Source: Phycisphaerae bacterium (lineage in GTDB: Bacteria; Planctomycetota; Phycisphaerae; UBA1845; Fen-1342). Taken from it: 64,000 nucleotides of DNA. A program made the translations under genes and the position numbers. The stretch lies in NCBI GenBank assembly GCA_050115495.1, contig JASFQK010000003.1:32001-96000 (forward strand), in the 5' to 3' direction. The number at the start of each line of letters is the position of its first letter. The first letter of the stretch is position 1. A model generated the notes under the pieces. That model was not told the DNA's origin, did not search any database, and worked only from the letters and a program-made list of their open reading frames with translations. Positions 1-10,075 of the stretch are shown in pieces.

Positions 1-3000
1 CTGGCCGAACCGCACCTGGCCGGCGGCGTGGCCGAGCGGGCCCGCCCGCTCCTGGCCGAAGCGCAAGCCGGGCAGCAACGCCGGGCGGCGCACCTGGCGG
101 CGATTCGGCAGGGGTATGAGGCGTGGCAGGGGGGGGATCTCGTCGGCGTCGACGCTGCGTTGAACGAAGTCCCCACCGACATCGATGATCCCGCCGTTCG
201 ACCGGAGCGAGAACGTCTGGCCGCCGCGGCGGACCGGCTTCGTGTCGTCCACGAACAGCAGAGTGAGGCGGAACGGCTGCTCGCGGCGAACGACGCTGAC
301 GGTGCCCGTACGCTGGCGGAGAAGGCCGCTGCTGAGGACCTGCCAGCCTCGACACTTTCCGGCCTGACTGACTTGGTCAGCCGCTGCCGCGCGCTGGCCG
401 AAGAGCAGCAACAGGCCCGGCTCTCGGCGGCGCGTGCCGCGCTCGACGAGGCGCAGCGCAGCTTCGACGCCGGCGATGTGCCGGTCTGTCGCCGGTCTCT
501 CGAACAGGATGTGCTCGCAGCGGCGGGATTACCCGACGAAGTGCGGCAGGAGGCGGAGCGGCTGCTGCGGGAATGCCCGCGGCTGGAGCAGGCGGCCAGC
601 CTGCTCGACCAGGCGGCGGCTGATCTCGATCGATCGGACTTCGACGCCGCCGACCGCGACGTGCAGGCCGTGTCGCCGACGGGATTGCCCGCCAGTATTG
701 GCGAACGTTGCGAGACATTGCGTCAGGCCATCGCCGCGGCCCGCCGGAAACGTCTTGAGCAGCAGCAGACCGAGCTGCGCAAGCGGCTGGAACGAGCCAA
801 GTTGGCGATTGAGGCCACGCGTTTCCGCGAGGCCGCCGCCACATTGCGCGAAGTCGAAGCCTCGCCGTATCTGAACGATGCGTTGCGCGCCCGGGCGGCG
901 GAGTTGGCGCAATTGCTGGCGGCCCGCCGGCCGTCGCGTAACTACGCCGTTCCGGCGGTCGGCGGCGCGGTGCTCCTCGTTGCGGCCCTGGCCGTTACGT
1001 GGGCGCTGTGGCCGTCTTCGTCGGTCATGCCGCAGCCGGAGCCTCAGCCAAAGCCGCCGACACAACCTGTGGTCACGCCCGCCGTGCCCACGTTCGCCGA
1101 GGCATCGGAAACGCTGCAAGCCGCGCTCGCCGCCGAACTGAAGGGCCTCGACGGCCCGCATCTGCGGGGCACGCCGGCCGACGGTCTGCGGCTCGAGGCT
1201 CGCGCCGGCGAGCATCCGCTGCTGCCCCAAGCGGCGCTAACGTTCGACGCTGCCCAGGGCACGTTCTTGCCCGACGTGGATACACTGGCCAGGTGGTTCT
1301 CGCTGCAGGCGGCGGCGCTCGACGTTGTCGCCCGGCCGGGGGCACTGCGCGTTCAGGACGATGAGGCCGGAGAAGTGACGCTGACGCTGGCCGATCCAAC
1401 GGGTGTGCGTGTGGAGGGCGTGGACGTGCCGGGCGCGGCCGTGTTACTAACCGTCCCCGTCCGCCTGCCCGATGATCCGCGCCCAGCGAGCCAGTTCGAT
1501 CTGCACGGGCTCGTCGTCGACGGTTTCTTCGCCGCGGATGAGGAAGGCCAGGCGGCGTACGTGGTGTACCGCGACGCGCTGCGCGCACATCTCGCCGCAG
1601 ACCAGGCAGAACGCATGCATGGCGTCCTGGAGAAGCTCCAGGCCGAGGTCGCCGCCGCAGCCGAGCAGGCCACGCGGCCGAACTGGACGCCGCCGCAGTA
1701 CACGCTGCGTTTCGAGCCCGCTGACAACTTGCCGGCGAAGCTGATCGCCGAGGCGGCCGACGGGTCGTCGTTGACGCTGGGCGAGTGCGACGCGGCGGGG
1801 TTGGACGAGCTGACGCTCACGCCGGCGTGGAAAGAACGGCTCTTCCCGCCGCCGGCCATGCCGACATTCACCGAGGCCGCAGCGTCATTCCGCGAAGCAC
1901 TGCAGGCGGCGCTCGGCGCAGACTTCACACTGTCGCCATGGCCGACCGAGCCACAGACGCCGTTGGACATCGGTGCTCGTTGGGACGAGCTGGATCTGCT
2001 GCCGTTCTCACCCGTCGAGTTCGATGCAGCGACGGGCACGCTTGCTCCGCCGCCGGCGACGGTCGCCCAGTGGTTCCGCGGACAGGCGACCGTGCTGGCG
2101 GCGCTCGGCCAGCCGGCGTCGCTCGTGCTCGACGTGGCCGCGCCGTACGACGCCGACCTGACACTGGTCGATCCCGCCGCCGTGCATTTGACCGCATACG
2201 CGCCGGCGTCGCAGAGCATCGGCTTGACCGCGGCCGCGCGATTGGCGGCTGACCCGCGACCGACGGCGAGTTTCACATTTTCCGGCGAGCTCGCCGACGC
2301 CCGGCTAACGGCCGACGCCGCGGGGCAGGGGGCTTTCGCCGAGTACTTGCGTGCGTTGCAGCAGGATCGCGCCACGGCCGTTGCCGAAGAGGCCGCGCAG
2401 TCGTTGAACCTGCCCGCCGGCCTGAGCATTGCCGGTCCGGCCGAATCCGCTGGCGGGCCGGAGTTGACGCTCGACGTGCTCCGCGCGGGCGAGCGGCTGA
2501 CGACGCTACCTGCCGTCTGGGACGCGCCGACGCTCGCGTATCGTGTCGACGCCGCGGCCGGACGCACGCGCATTGCGGAAGCCCTACACGCACTCGCGGG
2601 CAGCGAGTCGTTCCAGGCGACACTCCGTGCCTCGTGGCCGGATGTCGCGAAAGCCCTGGCCGTCCCACCTACGCACCCGGCGGCAGCGTGGTTTGCCCGT
2701 TGCGTGCCGTTGGAGACCAACGTCCGACCCGCCGGCGAGTCGGCGGAATTCGGTGCCGAGACACGTGTCGTGCTCGGCCCGCCCGACGCGCCTCCCGACG
2801 AACGCATCACTATCACCGTTCCGATCGGCTTCGTGGATGGCAAGTTCACCTGGCACACGGACGCCCTCGCCGACACGCAGCAGGCTCTCCGCCAAGCACT
2901 CCAGCAACTCGCCGAGAGTCCCACGCTACGGCAGCGCCGGGCCACCGCGACCATCGCCGCCCTCGCCACCGAGTTGCAGATCGCCCAACCGAGCATCCAA

Positions 3001-4104
3001 ACCGCCGCCGAAGGCGACACGCTGACCGCGACCGCCGGCGGCCGCAAGCACACCTGGACTTGGAATCCAATAGCACTCGACTACGGCAACCACCAGGTAG
3101 CGGCGCCTCCCAACCTCGACGACCGCCTCGCTGCCCTGGCCGCCGCGCCGACCATCGACCCGGCGGAGTTCGTCGACGTCCTGCGCGAAGTGACGTTCCG
3201 CAAGGCCGAGGGTTACGGCGCGGAACCCTATCGCCCCGGCCCGGAGCTCTCTGCGCCAGCGCCGGAAGCAGCGCTCCTCAGCCTCAGCAACGCCCTCCAG
3301 GTCCTCACCGCCCCCACGCCGACCGCGGACCCGTTCCCGACCGTTTTCATTGAATTCTTCGCCGGCACGGACCAGGTCTACGGCCTGTCCTGGCACGCGA
3401 CCAGCGGCGCCGACGACCGCCTGACGGGTGTGACCGATCTCGCCGTCTGGCCCGTCATGTCCGCGGCGGACCTGCACGGTGCCGGCAACCCGGACCAGTT
3501 CCGCGCCCGCTACGCCACCGACCCCGAACTCGGCGAGCGCCTCCTCGGCCACGCCCTGGGAGAAGCCGGACAACCGCTGGCAGCCTCGGGCGGCGGGGCG
3601 TTCGGCGTGATTGTCGCCCCGCACGACGCTCTGTGGGCCGTCCGCTGGGAGCAGGTCCGGTTCACCCCGCGCACCATCACCAACCTCGCCAATCGCGGCG
3701 CCGATGACGCCGGCACGTTCCGCATGCTGCGCACCGTCCTCCAGCCGAAGCGCACCCGCCGGAGCGGCACGAACTGGCGCCGCGCCGGCCTGTGGTGCAT
3801 CCCGACGCTCGGCGGCGCGTGGCACGGCCCCGTCGACCCGCAGCAAACCCGCCTGACCATCGGCCGCCTGAACCTGGACAAGGGCGACGTCACGCTGCGG
3901 TTCGCCCCGCGCGGCGCCGACAACCTCGTCTTTGCCTACACCGAGGTCCCGCCGCTCGGCGACTGGGCCTGGGGCACGTTCGTCAAGGAAGTCCGCCGGC
4001 AGGAGATCGGCTACACGTTCTGGGATCGCGGCTGGCGGGAGGACGGAAGCTGGGAGCGAACGCCGTACCTGACCTTTTCGTTGCTGCGCATCGTCGGGGA
4101 GTGA
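1..4104 (+). CDS. Large membrane-anchored protein, 5'-truncated: helical TPR/coiled-coil-like N-part, one TM, Pro linker, duplicated extracytoplasmic domain
   Basis: Frame is open from base 1. TM YAVPAVGGAVLLVAALAVTWALW is followed by PQPEPQPKPP. Internal ~165-aa duplication. Confidence 0.8.
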   Translation: MAEPHLAGGVAERARPLLAEAQAGQQRRAAHLAAIRQGYEAWQGGDLVGVDAALNEVPTDIDDPAVRPERERLAAAADRLRVVHEQQSEAERLLAANDADGARTLAEKAAAEDLPASTLSGLTDLVSRCRALAEEQQQARLSAARAALDEAQRSFDAGDVPVCRRSLEQDVLAAAGLPDEVRQEAERLLRECPRLEQAASLLDQAAADLDRSDFDAADRDVQAVSPTGLPASIGERCETLRQAIAAARRKRLEQQQTELRKRLERAKLAIEATRFREAAATLREVEASPYLNDALRARAAELAQLLAARRPSRNYAVPAVGGAVLLVAALAVTWALWPSSSVMPQPEPQPKPPTQPVVTPAVPTFAEASETLQAALAAELKGLDGPHLRGTPADGLRLEARAGEHPLLPQAALTFDAAQGTFLPDVDTLARWFSLQAAALDVVARPGALRVQDDEAGEVTLTLADPTGVRVEGVDVPGAAVLLTVPVRLPDDPRPASQFDLHGLVVDGFFAADEEGQAAYVVYRDALRAHLAADQAERMHGVLEKLQAEVAAAAEQATRPNWTPPQYTLRFEPADNLPAKLIAEAADGSSLTLGECDAAGLDELTLTPAWKERLFPPPAMPTFTEAAASFREALQAALGADFTLSPWPTEPQTPLDIGARWDELDLLPFSPVEFDAATGTLAPPPATVAQWFRGQATVLAALGQPASLVLDVAAPYDADLTLVDPAAVHLTAYAPASQSIGLTAAARLAADPRPTASFTFSGELADARLTADAAGQGAFAEYLRALQQDRATAVAEEAAQSLNLPAGLSIAGPAESAGGPELTLDVLRAGERLTTLPAVWDAPTLAYRVDAAAGRTRIAEALHALAGSESFQATLRASWPDVAKALAVPPTHPAAAWFARCVPLETNVRPAGESAEFGAETRVVLGPPDAPPDERITITVPIGFVDGKFTWHTDALADTQQALRQALQQLAESPTLRQRRATATIAALATELQIAQPSIQTAAEGDTLTATAGGRKHTWTWNPIALDYGNHQVAAPPNLDDRLAALAAAPTIDPAEFVDVLREVTFRKAEGYGAEPYRPGPELSAPAPEAALLSLSNALQVLTAPTPTADPFPTVFIEFFAGTDQVYGLSWHATSGADDRLTGVTDLAVWPVMSAADLHGAGNPDQFRARYATDPELGERLLGHALGEAGQPLAASGGGAFGVIVAPHDALWAVRWEQVRFTPRTITNLANRGADDAGTFRMLRTVLQPKRTRRSGTNWRRAGLWCIPTLGGAWHGPVDPQQTRLTIGRLNLDKGDVTLRFAPRGADNLVFAYTEVPPLGDWAWGTFVKEVRRQEIGYTFWDRGWREDGSWERTPYLTFSLLRIVGE

Positions 4105-4220
4105 GGCCGACCGGACCGATTTCCAGGCCGCCTCTGTCTCCGCCGGCGCCGGAGCGGTACACTGCCGGCTTGGGGTTCCGAAGTGGTCGTAGCGGCAGGT
4201 CAGGGTGGAGAAACGGGCCG

Positions 4221-4730
4221 TTGAGCGGCGAAAGCAAGCGGAAACAGAAGGGTTCTGACGACCGGCCGCAGTCCGGGCCGACGCGCGCCGGCCGCCCCGG
4301 TCGCCGGAAGACCTGCACGCGGGCGGCGGCTCAGGCGGCCCGCTTCGGCCGCGTCCGCCGCGACCATTCCACCGAAATCGCCGAGGACTACGTCGAACTA
4401 ATCGCCCAGCTCATCACCAATCACGGTGAGGCCCGGGCTGTGGACATCGCCGAGCACCTGGGCGTCTCGCACGTCACCGTCACCAAGACGGTCGCCCGGC
4501 TGCGGCGCGACGGCCTGGTGAGCACCGAGCCGTACCGCGCGATTTTTCTGACGGATAAGGGCCGGCAAATCGCCGAAGAGTCGGCGGCCCGCCACGAGAT
4601 GGTCGTTCGCTTCCTCCGCAAGCTGGGTGTGGAGGGCGACGATGCCGAAGTGGACGCCGAGGGGATGGAGCATCACCTCAGCGCGGCGACGCTGGCGGCG
4701 ATCCGGCGTTTTGTGGAAGAAGGGGACTGA
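4221..4730 (+). CDS. mntR: Mn-dependent DtxR/MntR-family transcriptional regulator
   Basis: EIAEDYVELI...GEARAVDIAEHLGVSHVTVTK HTH and DAEGMEHHLS metal site. TTG start at 4221 after GGAG; start uncertain. Confidence 0.85.
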   Translation: MSGESKRKQKGSDDRPQSGPTRAGRPGRRKTCTRAAAQAARFGRVRRDHSTEIAEDYVELIAQLITNHGEARAVDIAEHLGVSHVTVTKTVARLRRDGLVSTEPYRAIFLTDKGRQIAEESAARHEMVVRFLRKLGVEGDDAEVDAEGMEHHLSAATLAAIRRFVEEGD

Positions 4731-4740
4731 ACCGGCAGGC

Positions 4741-4768
4741 TTGTCGGGCAGTCCGAGTGACCTATAAT
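4741..4768 (+). promoter_or_regulatory. Sigma70-like promoter
   Basis: TTGTCG-N16-TATAAT upstream of the 4868 gene cluster. Confidence 0.55.
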
Positions 4769-4867
4769 GCCGGGCCGTGTGGGTCTGGCAACTGGTGCGC
4801 GCCCGGAGCCCGTGATATCGGGGCCCCGGACGCTGCCTAATGGTCTGGAATGCCACGGGAGGCGGTC

Positions 4868-6775
4868 ATGGCCACCAACGGCTCCGAGCTACGCAGTATC
4901 GCCTGGTCCGAAGTCTTTCCGTTCGTACGTCTGTTCTCGACGTTTCGACACGCCATCCACTTCTACCGGCTGGGTCTGGGGCTGGCGTGCGTCGCTTGCG
5001 TCTACTTCGGCGGACGCATCCTGGACGGTGTCTGGCGGTCCGGCGGCGGAGGCGTGCTCGTCGCTCCCGACGGCAGCGTCAATGAGATTCAGGCCTACGT
5101 CTCGCGCAATGCGGTGGACTTCGCCGATTGGACGGCGACGGCGCGGGAGGGGCAGCAGCGGCGTGCCGCAGACATCGCGTGCAAGCTTGGCTACGCCGAG
5201 TCGATGGACAAGGCCCTGGGTCAATTGACCACGCGCCCGGCCAGCGAGCTGACGCGTTCGGACCAGCATGAGAAAGACGTCGCCGCGGCGCTGGGTTTCG
5301 TCGATGCCCGGCTCGAAGCCGGACTCGCGAAGGTCGAGGCTGACAAGGACATGACGGCCGACCAGAAGGCGAAGCGACGCGCCGACCTCAGAGAGGCTGC
5401 CGACTGCGTTCGCCTAGTGCTGAACGGTTGTGAACCGAGCGACCTCGGGCTGCAAACGGATGCGACCAACGCCCTCAGGACCGTCTCGAACGCGGCGGGC
5501 GCCGAGTTGCCGGAGGATCAGCAGTCAGCGCAGGAGCAGGCCAGCAAAGCGATGTCCGTCCAGGTGGACATCGGCAGGCTGAACCGCTCCCGCCCGCAGG
5601 GCCCGTTTATCTCACTCTTGCGCTACGAGGGGCAGTGCTTCGCGGGTGCGGTACAGGGCGTGTGCACGCTGCGTTGGGGCTTCTCCGGCCCGACGGATCC
5701 TCGACCGGCACTGGTGGGCAGCATCGTCGCCGCCGGCCAGGGTGTGGCCTGGCTCGTCACGCAGCGGCCCTGGTACGCGGTCTTCTACGCGCTGCTGCAC
5801 CTCGTGGTCTTTTCGTTCTTCGGCGGGGCGATCTGCCGGCACAGCGTAGTGCAGGCGGCCCGCGACGTAAGCCTGAGCTTGAACGAGCCGCTGCGTTTTG
5901 CCCGCGAGAAGTGTGCCGGGTTACTGGCCGCGGCGCTCTTCCCGTTGCTGCTGCTGCTGGCCGGAGCCGTGGTGCTGTTTGTGGTCACCGGCCTGCCGTT
6001 CATCATCGGCTGGCTGCTGTCCTGGATCCCGGGCCTTGGCGCCCTGTTCTACTGGCTCGGTTCGTTGTGGACGATCCTGGTCGGGCTGTTCTACGGATTG
6101 GCCCTGCTGGGCGGCTTGGCGCTGGCCCTGACGTTCATCGCCACCGTGCTCGGGCTGCATCTGACCTGGCCGACGATCGCCGCCGAAGGCTCTGATGCCT
6201 TCGACGCCATCTCCCACGCCGGCGGCTACATCACGCAGCGGGCGTGGCACGTGGCCTTCTATTCGTTCGTGACGCTCCTGTACGGGGCGGTCTGCTTCGT
6301 CATGGTGCGGTTGATCGCCATGACGATGCTGAAGTTTACCCACGCGATCACCGACGCCGCCCTGAGCATGTTTGGCAGCCTGTCCAGCGCCGAGACGAGC
6401 ACCGTCACCAAGCTCGACGCCATCTGGCACATGCCCGCCTGGGCCGATATGACGCTGCTGCCCTCGACCGGCACCGAGCCGTTCTGGGGCACGCTCTGGA
6501 ACGCCCCGCTCAGTTGGTCGGAGGGCCTCGCCGCCTTCTTCATCGCCTGCTGGATCTTCTTCGTGGTGGCGGCGGTCGGTGGTTTCATCGTCAGCTTCTT
6601 CTTCTGCGGCAGCACGCAGATGTACCTGCTCCTGCGTCGCGACAGTGACGGCATCGACTACGACGAGATCTTCTTCGAGGAGACCGACGAGGACCTGCCC
6701 TTCGGCGAGCAGGCCGTGGAACCCGGCCCCGTCGGCGGACCGGCCGCGGACGAGCCTCCCGCGGATAACTCGTAA
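4868..6775 (+). CDS. Conserved-looking multi-pass membrane protein of unknown function
   Basis: GGGAGG RBS before ATG 4868, many hydrophobic segments, acidic C-terminus (YLLLRRDSDGIDYDEI). Confidence 0.8.
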   Translation: MATNGSELRSIAWSEVFPFVRLFSTFRHAIHFYRLGLGLACVACVYFGGRILDGVWRSGGGGVLVAPDGSVNEIQAYVSRNAVDFADWTATAREGQQRRAADIACKLGYAESMDKALGQLTTRPASELTRSDQHEKDVAAALGFVDARLEAGLAKVEADKDMTADQKAKRRADLREAADCVRLVLNGCEPSDLGLQTDATNALRTVSNAAGAELPEDQQSAQEQASKAMSVQVDIGRLNRSRPQGPFISLLRYEGQCFAGAVQGVCTLRWGFSGPTDPRPALVGSIVAAGQGVAWLVTQRPWYAVFYALLHLVVFSFFGGAICRHSVVQAARDVSLSLNEPLRFAREKCAGLLAAALFPLLLLLAGAVVLFVVTGLPFIIGWLLSWIPGLGALFYWLGSLWTILVGLFYGLALLGGLALALTFIATVLGLHLTWPTIAAEGSDAFDAISHAGGYITQRAWHVAFYSFVTLLYGAVCFVMVRLIAMTMLKFTHAITDAALSMFGSLSSAETSTVTKLDAIWHMPAWADMTLLPSTGTEPFWGTLWNAPLSWSEGLAAFFIACWIFFVVAAVGGFIVSFFFCGSTQMYLLLRRDSDGIDYDEIFFEETDEDLPFGEQAVEPGPVGGPAADEPPADNS

Positions 6776-6784
6776 GGGCCGCCT

Positions 6785-7708
6785 ATGGCCGCCCGTCAGC
6801 GTCCTGACCACGCGCCCGGGTCGCCCCCGGCTTCCGGCGGGCGCGACTTCCATGATCTGCGCGAAACGGGCGAACGCGCCGGCGTCGGCCTCCTCATCGG
6901 TCGCGGTTTCGGCACGGCTCGCGACACGCTGGCCCGCGGGCTCCTGCGCCTGGGGGCGACGCCAAACCACATCACCTTCGTCGGATTTCTCATGACCGCC
7001 GCCGCCGGCTTCTGCCTGGCCCGCGGCGCCGGCCAGCAGGTGCCGTATTTCTACGCCGGCCACGGCCCCGTCGGCTGGTGGCCACTGGCCGCGGGCGTGT
7101 TTCTGCTGCTGTCGGCGGCGTGCGACATGCTGGACGGGGCCGTCGCCCGCTTGGGCAACTGCGCCACGACGTTCGGCGCCCTGCTCGACTCGACGCTCGA
7201 CCGGCTGAGCGACATGGCCATCTACGTAGGCTGTGCCGTGTACTTCGCCCTCGCCGGCAACCTCACCTACCAGCTTCTCTCGCTCATCGCCCTCTGTGCG
7301 GCAGTGATGACCAGCTACGTGAAAGCCCGGGCGGAGAACGTCATCGACGACTGTTCCGTCGGCTACTGGCTCCGCGGCGAGCGTTACGTCGGCATCCTCG
7401 TCGGCTGTTTCGCGGGGCACATGCCGGCGCTCCTCTGGCAGCAGTCGCTCACCGTGGCGCTGACCGTGTACCGGCGGGTGGACTATGCCCGACGGGTGCT
7501 GGCGTCGAAGACGAAGGGGACTCCGCCGCCGCGCCGCTGGCCGCGGCGCACCTGGCGGAGCTGGCTGCGGCCGTGGCGGCACCCGCGAGGCTCGATCCCG
7601 CACGACCTGATTAGCGGATTCAATATCGCGTACATCATCCTCGCCGCCCGTTTCTGGCCCGCACTGCTGGCCACGGGTCCGTTCGCCGACCCCTTGATGG
7701 GCCGCTGA
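6785..7708 (+). CDS. CDP-alcohol phosphatidyltransferase (PgsA/PIP-synthase-like)
   Basis: Signature DMLDGAVAR...GALLDSTLDRLSD; TPNHIT; SYVKARAE. Confidence 0.9.
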   Translation: MAARQRPDHAPGSPPASGGRDFHDLRETGERAGVGLLIGRGFGTARDTLARGLLRLGATPNHITFVGFLMTAAAGFCLARGAGQQVPYFYAGHGPVGWWPLAAGVFLLLSAACDMLDGAVARLGNCATTFGALLDSTLDRLSDMAIYVGCAVYFALAGNLTYQLLSLIALCAAVMTSYVKARAENVIDDCSVGYWLRGERYVGILVGCFAGHMPALLWQQSLTVALTVYRRVDYARRVLASKTKGTPPPRRWPRRTWRSWLRPWRHPRGSIPHDLISGFNIAYIILAARFWPALLATGPFADPLMGR

Positions 7709-7791
7709 GGCCCCGGGATAATCCGAGTGAGTCAACTTCGTCCGCGGCCACTGCGGGCAACTCGGGCCCTTCGGTCGATTGGAGAAACACC

Positions 7792-8820
7792 ATGACGCGC
7801 ACGCTGCCCTGGAGAGGCCTGCCGGCCATCATCGTTTGCAGTCTGATCGGCACCGTCGTCGCCGCCACGCAGGCGCAACCGCCTACCTCGCAACCGACTT
7901 CCGCGCCGGCCGAGCAGCAGGCCGTGCTGGCCCGCGTCATCGAGGTGCAGGGCGACGTACAGCACGCTCCGCTTGGCGGTACCGACTGGCAACCCTGCGC
8001 CGTCGGCGACGAGTACCCGCAGGAGACGGTGATCCGCACCGGTATCCGCTCATCGGCCAAGTTCCAGATCGGCGATGAGGAGCCCTACACGGTTCTCGTC
8101 GTCGAGTCCGCCAGCAAGACCATCATCAGCGAGGCGTACAAGACCGACACCGCCAAGCGCGTTCGCATCGGCGTCGGCTATGGGCGGATCCGCGCCGGCG
8201 TCGCCGAGGGTGGCCTGCAAAGCGACTTCACCGTCGACAGCCCCGTGGCCACGCTCTCGAAGCGCGGCACGTGGGACTTCGGCCTTGCCTACGAACGCGG
8301 CACCGAACGCTTCGACGTCTTCCTGCTCGACCGCGGCCTCGTCCAGGTGCTCCATGAAGTCACCGGCCAGCGCCGCGGCCTGCTGCCCGGCGAGATTCTG
8401 ACACAGGCGATGCGCCGCTGGGCCGACGAGGCCCAGGTCCGCCGCAACGTGCCCGTGCCCGACCTCCTCGGCCAGGGCGACATCGACGTGGCCTTCAACC
8501 GCATCCGGCAGGACGGCCTCGGCGTGACCGATCCGGCGAGTGGACGCCGCGTGCTGATCGACCTGTCCAACAGCATGTCCCAGGCGGAGTTCGCCAACCT
8601 GCTGGGCACGCGGCTGGCGACGCTGCCGTCGCTGCGTCACGGCGTGGGCAACCTCGTACAGGAAGAGGGCTTCTTCGGCACGGGGCGAGGCGACGACCTC
8701 ATCCCGGTGATGATCGGCGCGGACAGCAATCTGGTGCAGAAGGGCGCGGCCCGACCGGGCACGTACAAGTTCCGCCGGGCGGCCCTGGAGAACTGGCTCA
8801 AAGAGTACCGCAACCACTAG
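7792..8820 (+). CDS. Exported FecR-domain-like protein
   Basis: Signal peptide; VIEVQGDV...IRTG...FTVDSPVATLSKRGT matches the FecR beta-domain pattern; GGAG RBS. Confidence 0.7.
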   Translation: MTRTLPWRGLPAIIVCSLIGTVVAATQAQPPTSQPTSAPAEQQAVLARVIEVQGDVQHAPLGGTDWQPCAVGDEYPQETVIRTGIRSSAKFQIGDEEPYTVLVVESASKTIISEAYKTDTAKRVRIGVGYGRIRAGVAEGGLQSDFTVDSPVATLSKRGTWDFGLAYERGTERFDVFLLDRGLVQVLHEVTGQRRGLLPGEILTQAMRRWADEAQVRRNVPVPDLLGQGDIDVAFNRIRQDGLGVTDPASGRRVLIDLSNSMSQAEFANLLGTRLATLPSLRHGVGNLVQEEGFFGTGRGDDLIPVMIGADSNLVQKGAARPGTYKFRRAALENWLKEYRNH

Positions 8821-8844
8821 CCGCCCGCTGTTCGGTCCGCCTAG

Positions 8845-9033
8845 GTAGCGTCGGCCCCCCGTGGCCGACGTCGACCGCCAAAAACGCCGCGCTCCGGAAG
8901 ACACTGCTCAAGAGCAGTGGCACACCGCGGCTTGGCTCCCATAGCGGCTGACCTCCGTGTCGGCCGTGGACTGCCGGCAACGCTCCGAATCGCGACCGTC
9001 CCGTAGCATCCGGGCTCCGTACCGGACGTCTTC
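8845..9033. repeat. Cluster of REP-like palindromes (GTAG-hairpin family plus one TGCCAC-family copy)
   Basis: GTAGCGTCGGCCCCCCGTGGCCGACGTCGA at 8845-8874, with related copies at 8941 and 9003; CACTGCTCAAGAGCAGTGGCA at 8902-8922. Confidence 0.7.
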
Positions 9034-9052
9034 GCCCGCGCGTGAGTGCCTC

Positions 9053-9901
9053 ATGCCGATCCGCTTCACCAAAATGCACGGCCTGGGCAACGACTTCGTG
9101 GTCGTCAGCCTGTTCGACCAGCACGTCGCCGATCCCGCGGCTCTGGCTCGCGCCGTCGGCGACCGTCGTCGCGGCGTCGGCAGCGACGGCCTGATTCTCG
9201 TCGCCCCGCCGGCGGACGAGCAGGCCGACGTCTGCATGATCATGTTCAACCCCGACGGCTCGCGGGCCGAGATGTGCGGCAACGGCATCCGCTGCCTGGC
9301 CCGGCTGGTTCACGAGCGCGGCCTCGTCCGCCGCAACCCCCTCCGCGTGGCCACCGACGCCGGTGTGCTGCCCCTCGAACTGAACGTTGACGCCGCCGGC
9401 GACGTGTACGGCGTACGCGTCGCGATGGGCCGGCCCGTGCTGGAGCCGCAGCGCATCCCCGTCTCACTCGCCGGCGACCGCGTCGTGCGTGTACCGCTGT
9501 CTCTCGGCGACCTCAACCTGACGATGACCTGTCTGTCGATGGGCAATCCGCACGCGGTCTTCTTCACGCCCGACCTCGCCGGCGTCCCCGTGGCTGATTG
9601 GGGCCCGCGAATCGAGACGCACGCGCTATTCCCCCAACGGATCAACGTGCACTTCGTCCAGGTCCTCTCCCGCTCGCGGGTGCGCATGGCGACGTGGGAG
9701 CGCGGAGCCGGCCTCACGCAGGCCTGCGGCACCGGCGCCTGTGCCGTCTGCGTTGCCGGCGTGCTCAACGACCTGACCGAGCGCACGATCACCGCCGAAC
9801 TCCCCGGCGGCGAGCTCGAGCTCCATTGGGATCAGCAATCAGCCCAGGTCTACATGACCGGCCCGGCCACCGAAGTCTTCACCGGCACCTGGCCCGATTA
9901 G
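9053..9901 (+). CDS. dapF: Diaminopimelate epimerase
   Basis: FTKMHGLGNDF, AEMCGNGIRC, MGNPH, WERGAGLTQACGTGACA. Confidence 0.97.
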   Translation: MPIRFTKMHGLGNDFVVVSLFDQHVADPAALARAVGDRRRGVGSDGLILVAPPADEQADVCMIMFNPDGSRAEMCGNGIRCLARLVHERGLVRRNPLRVATDAGVLPLELNVDAAGDVYGVRVAMGRPVLEPQRIPVSLAGDRVVRVPLSLGDLNLTMTCLSMGNPHAVFFTPDLAGVPVADWGPRIETHALFPQRINVHFVQVLSRSRVRMATWERGAGLTQACGTGACAVCVAGVLNDLTERTITAELPGGELELHWDQQSAQVYMTGPATEVFTGTWPD

Positions 9902-10075
9902 CTCGATCCGGTGTGAATCAACGTATCACACGAACCCCCCAGCGTGCCACTGCTCTGCGAGCAGTGCACTATCGCCTCGCAACAACGCTTCACTTTCCGC
10001 AGGAAGCTCCCGCCCCCAATCGCCTTGTTGCCTCGTTGCCTGCTACCCGTCCTCAGCAACGCCCCATCCGCGCAA

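Noticed and set aside
3792..4220. Long N-terminal extension of MntR in the ORF track
   Set aside because: It overlaps the upstream gene and has low complexity. A TTG with an RBS at 4221 is more plausible.
9912..9930. TGTGA-N9-TCACA CRP-like site
   Set aside because: The spacer is 9 rather than 6 bp, and it lies between convergent genes.
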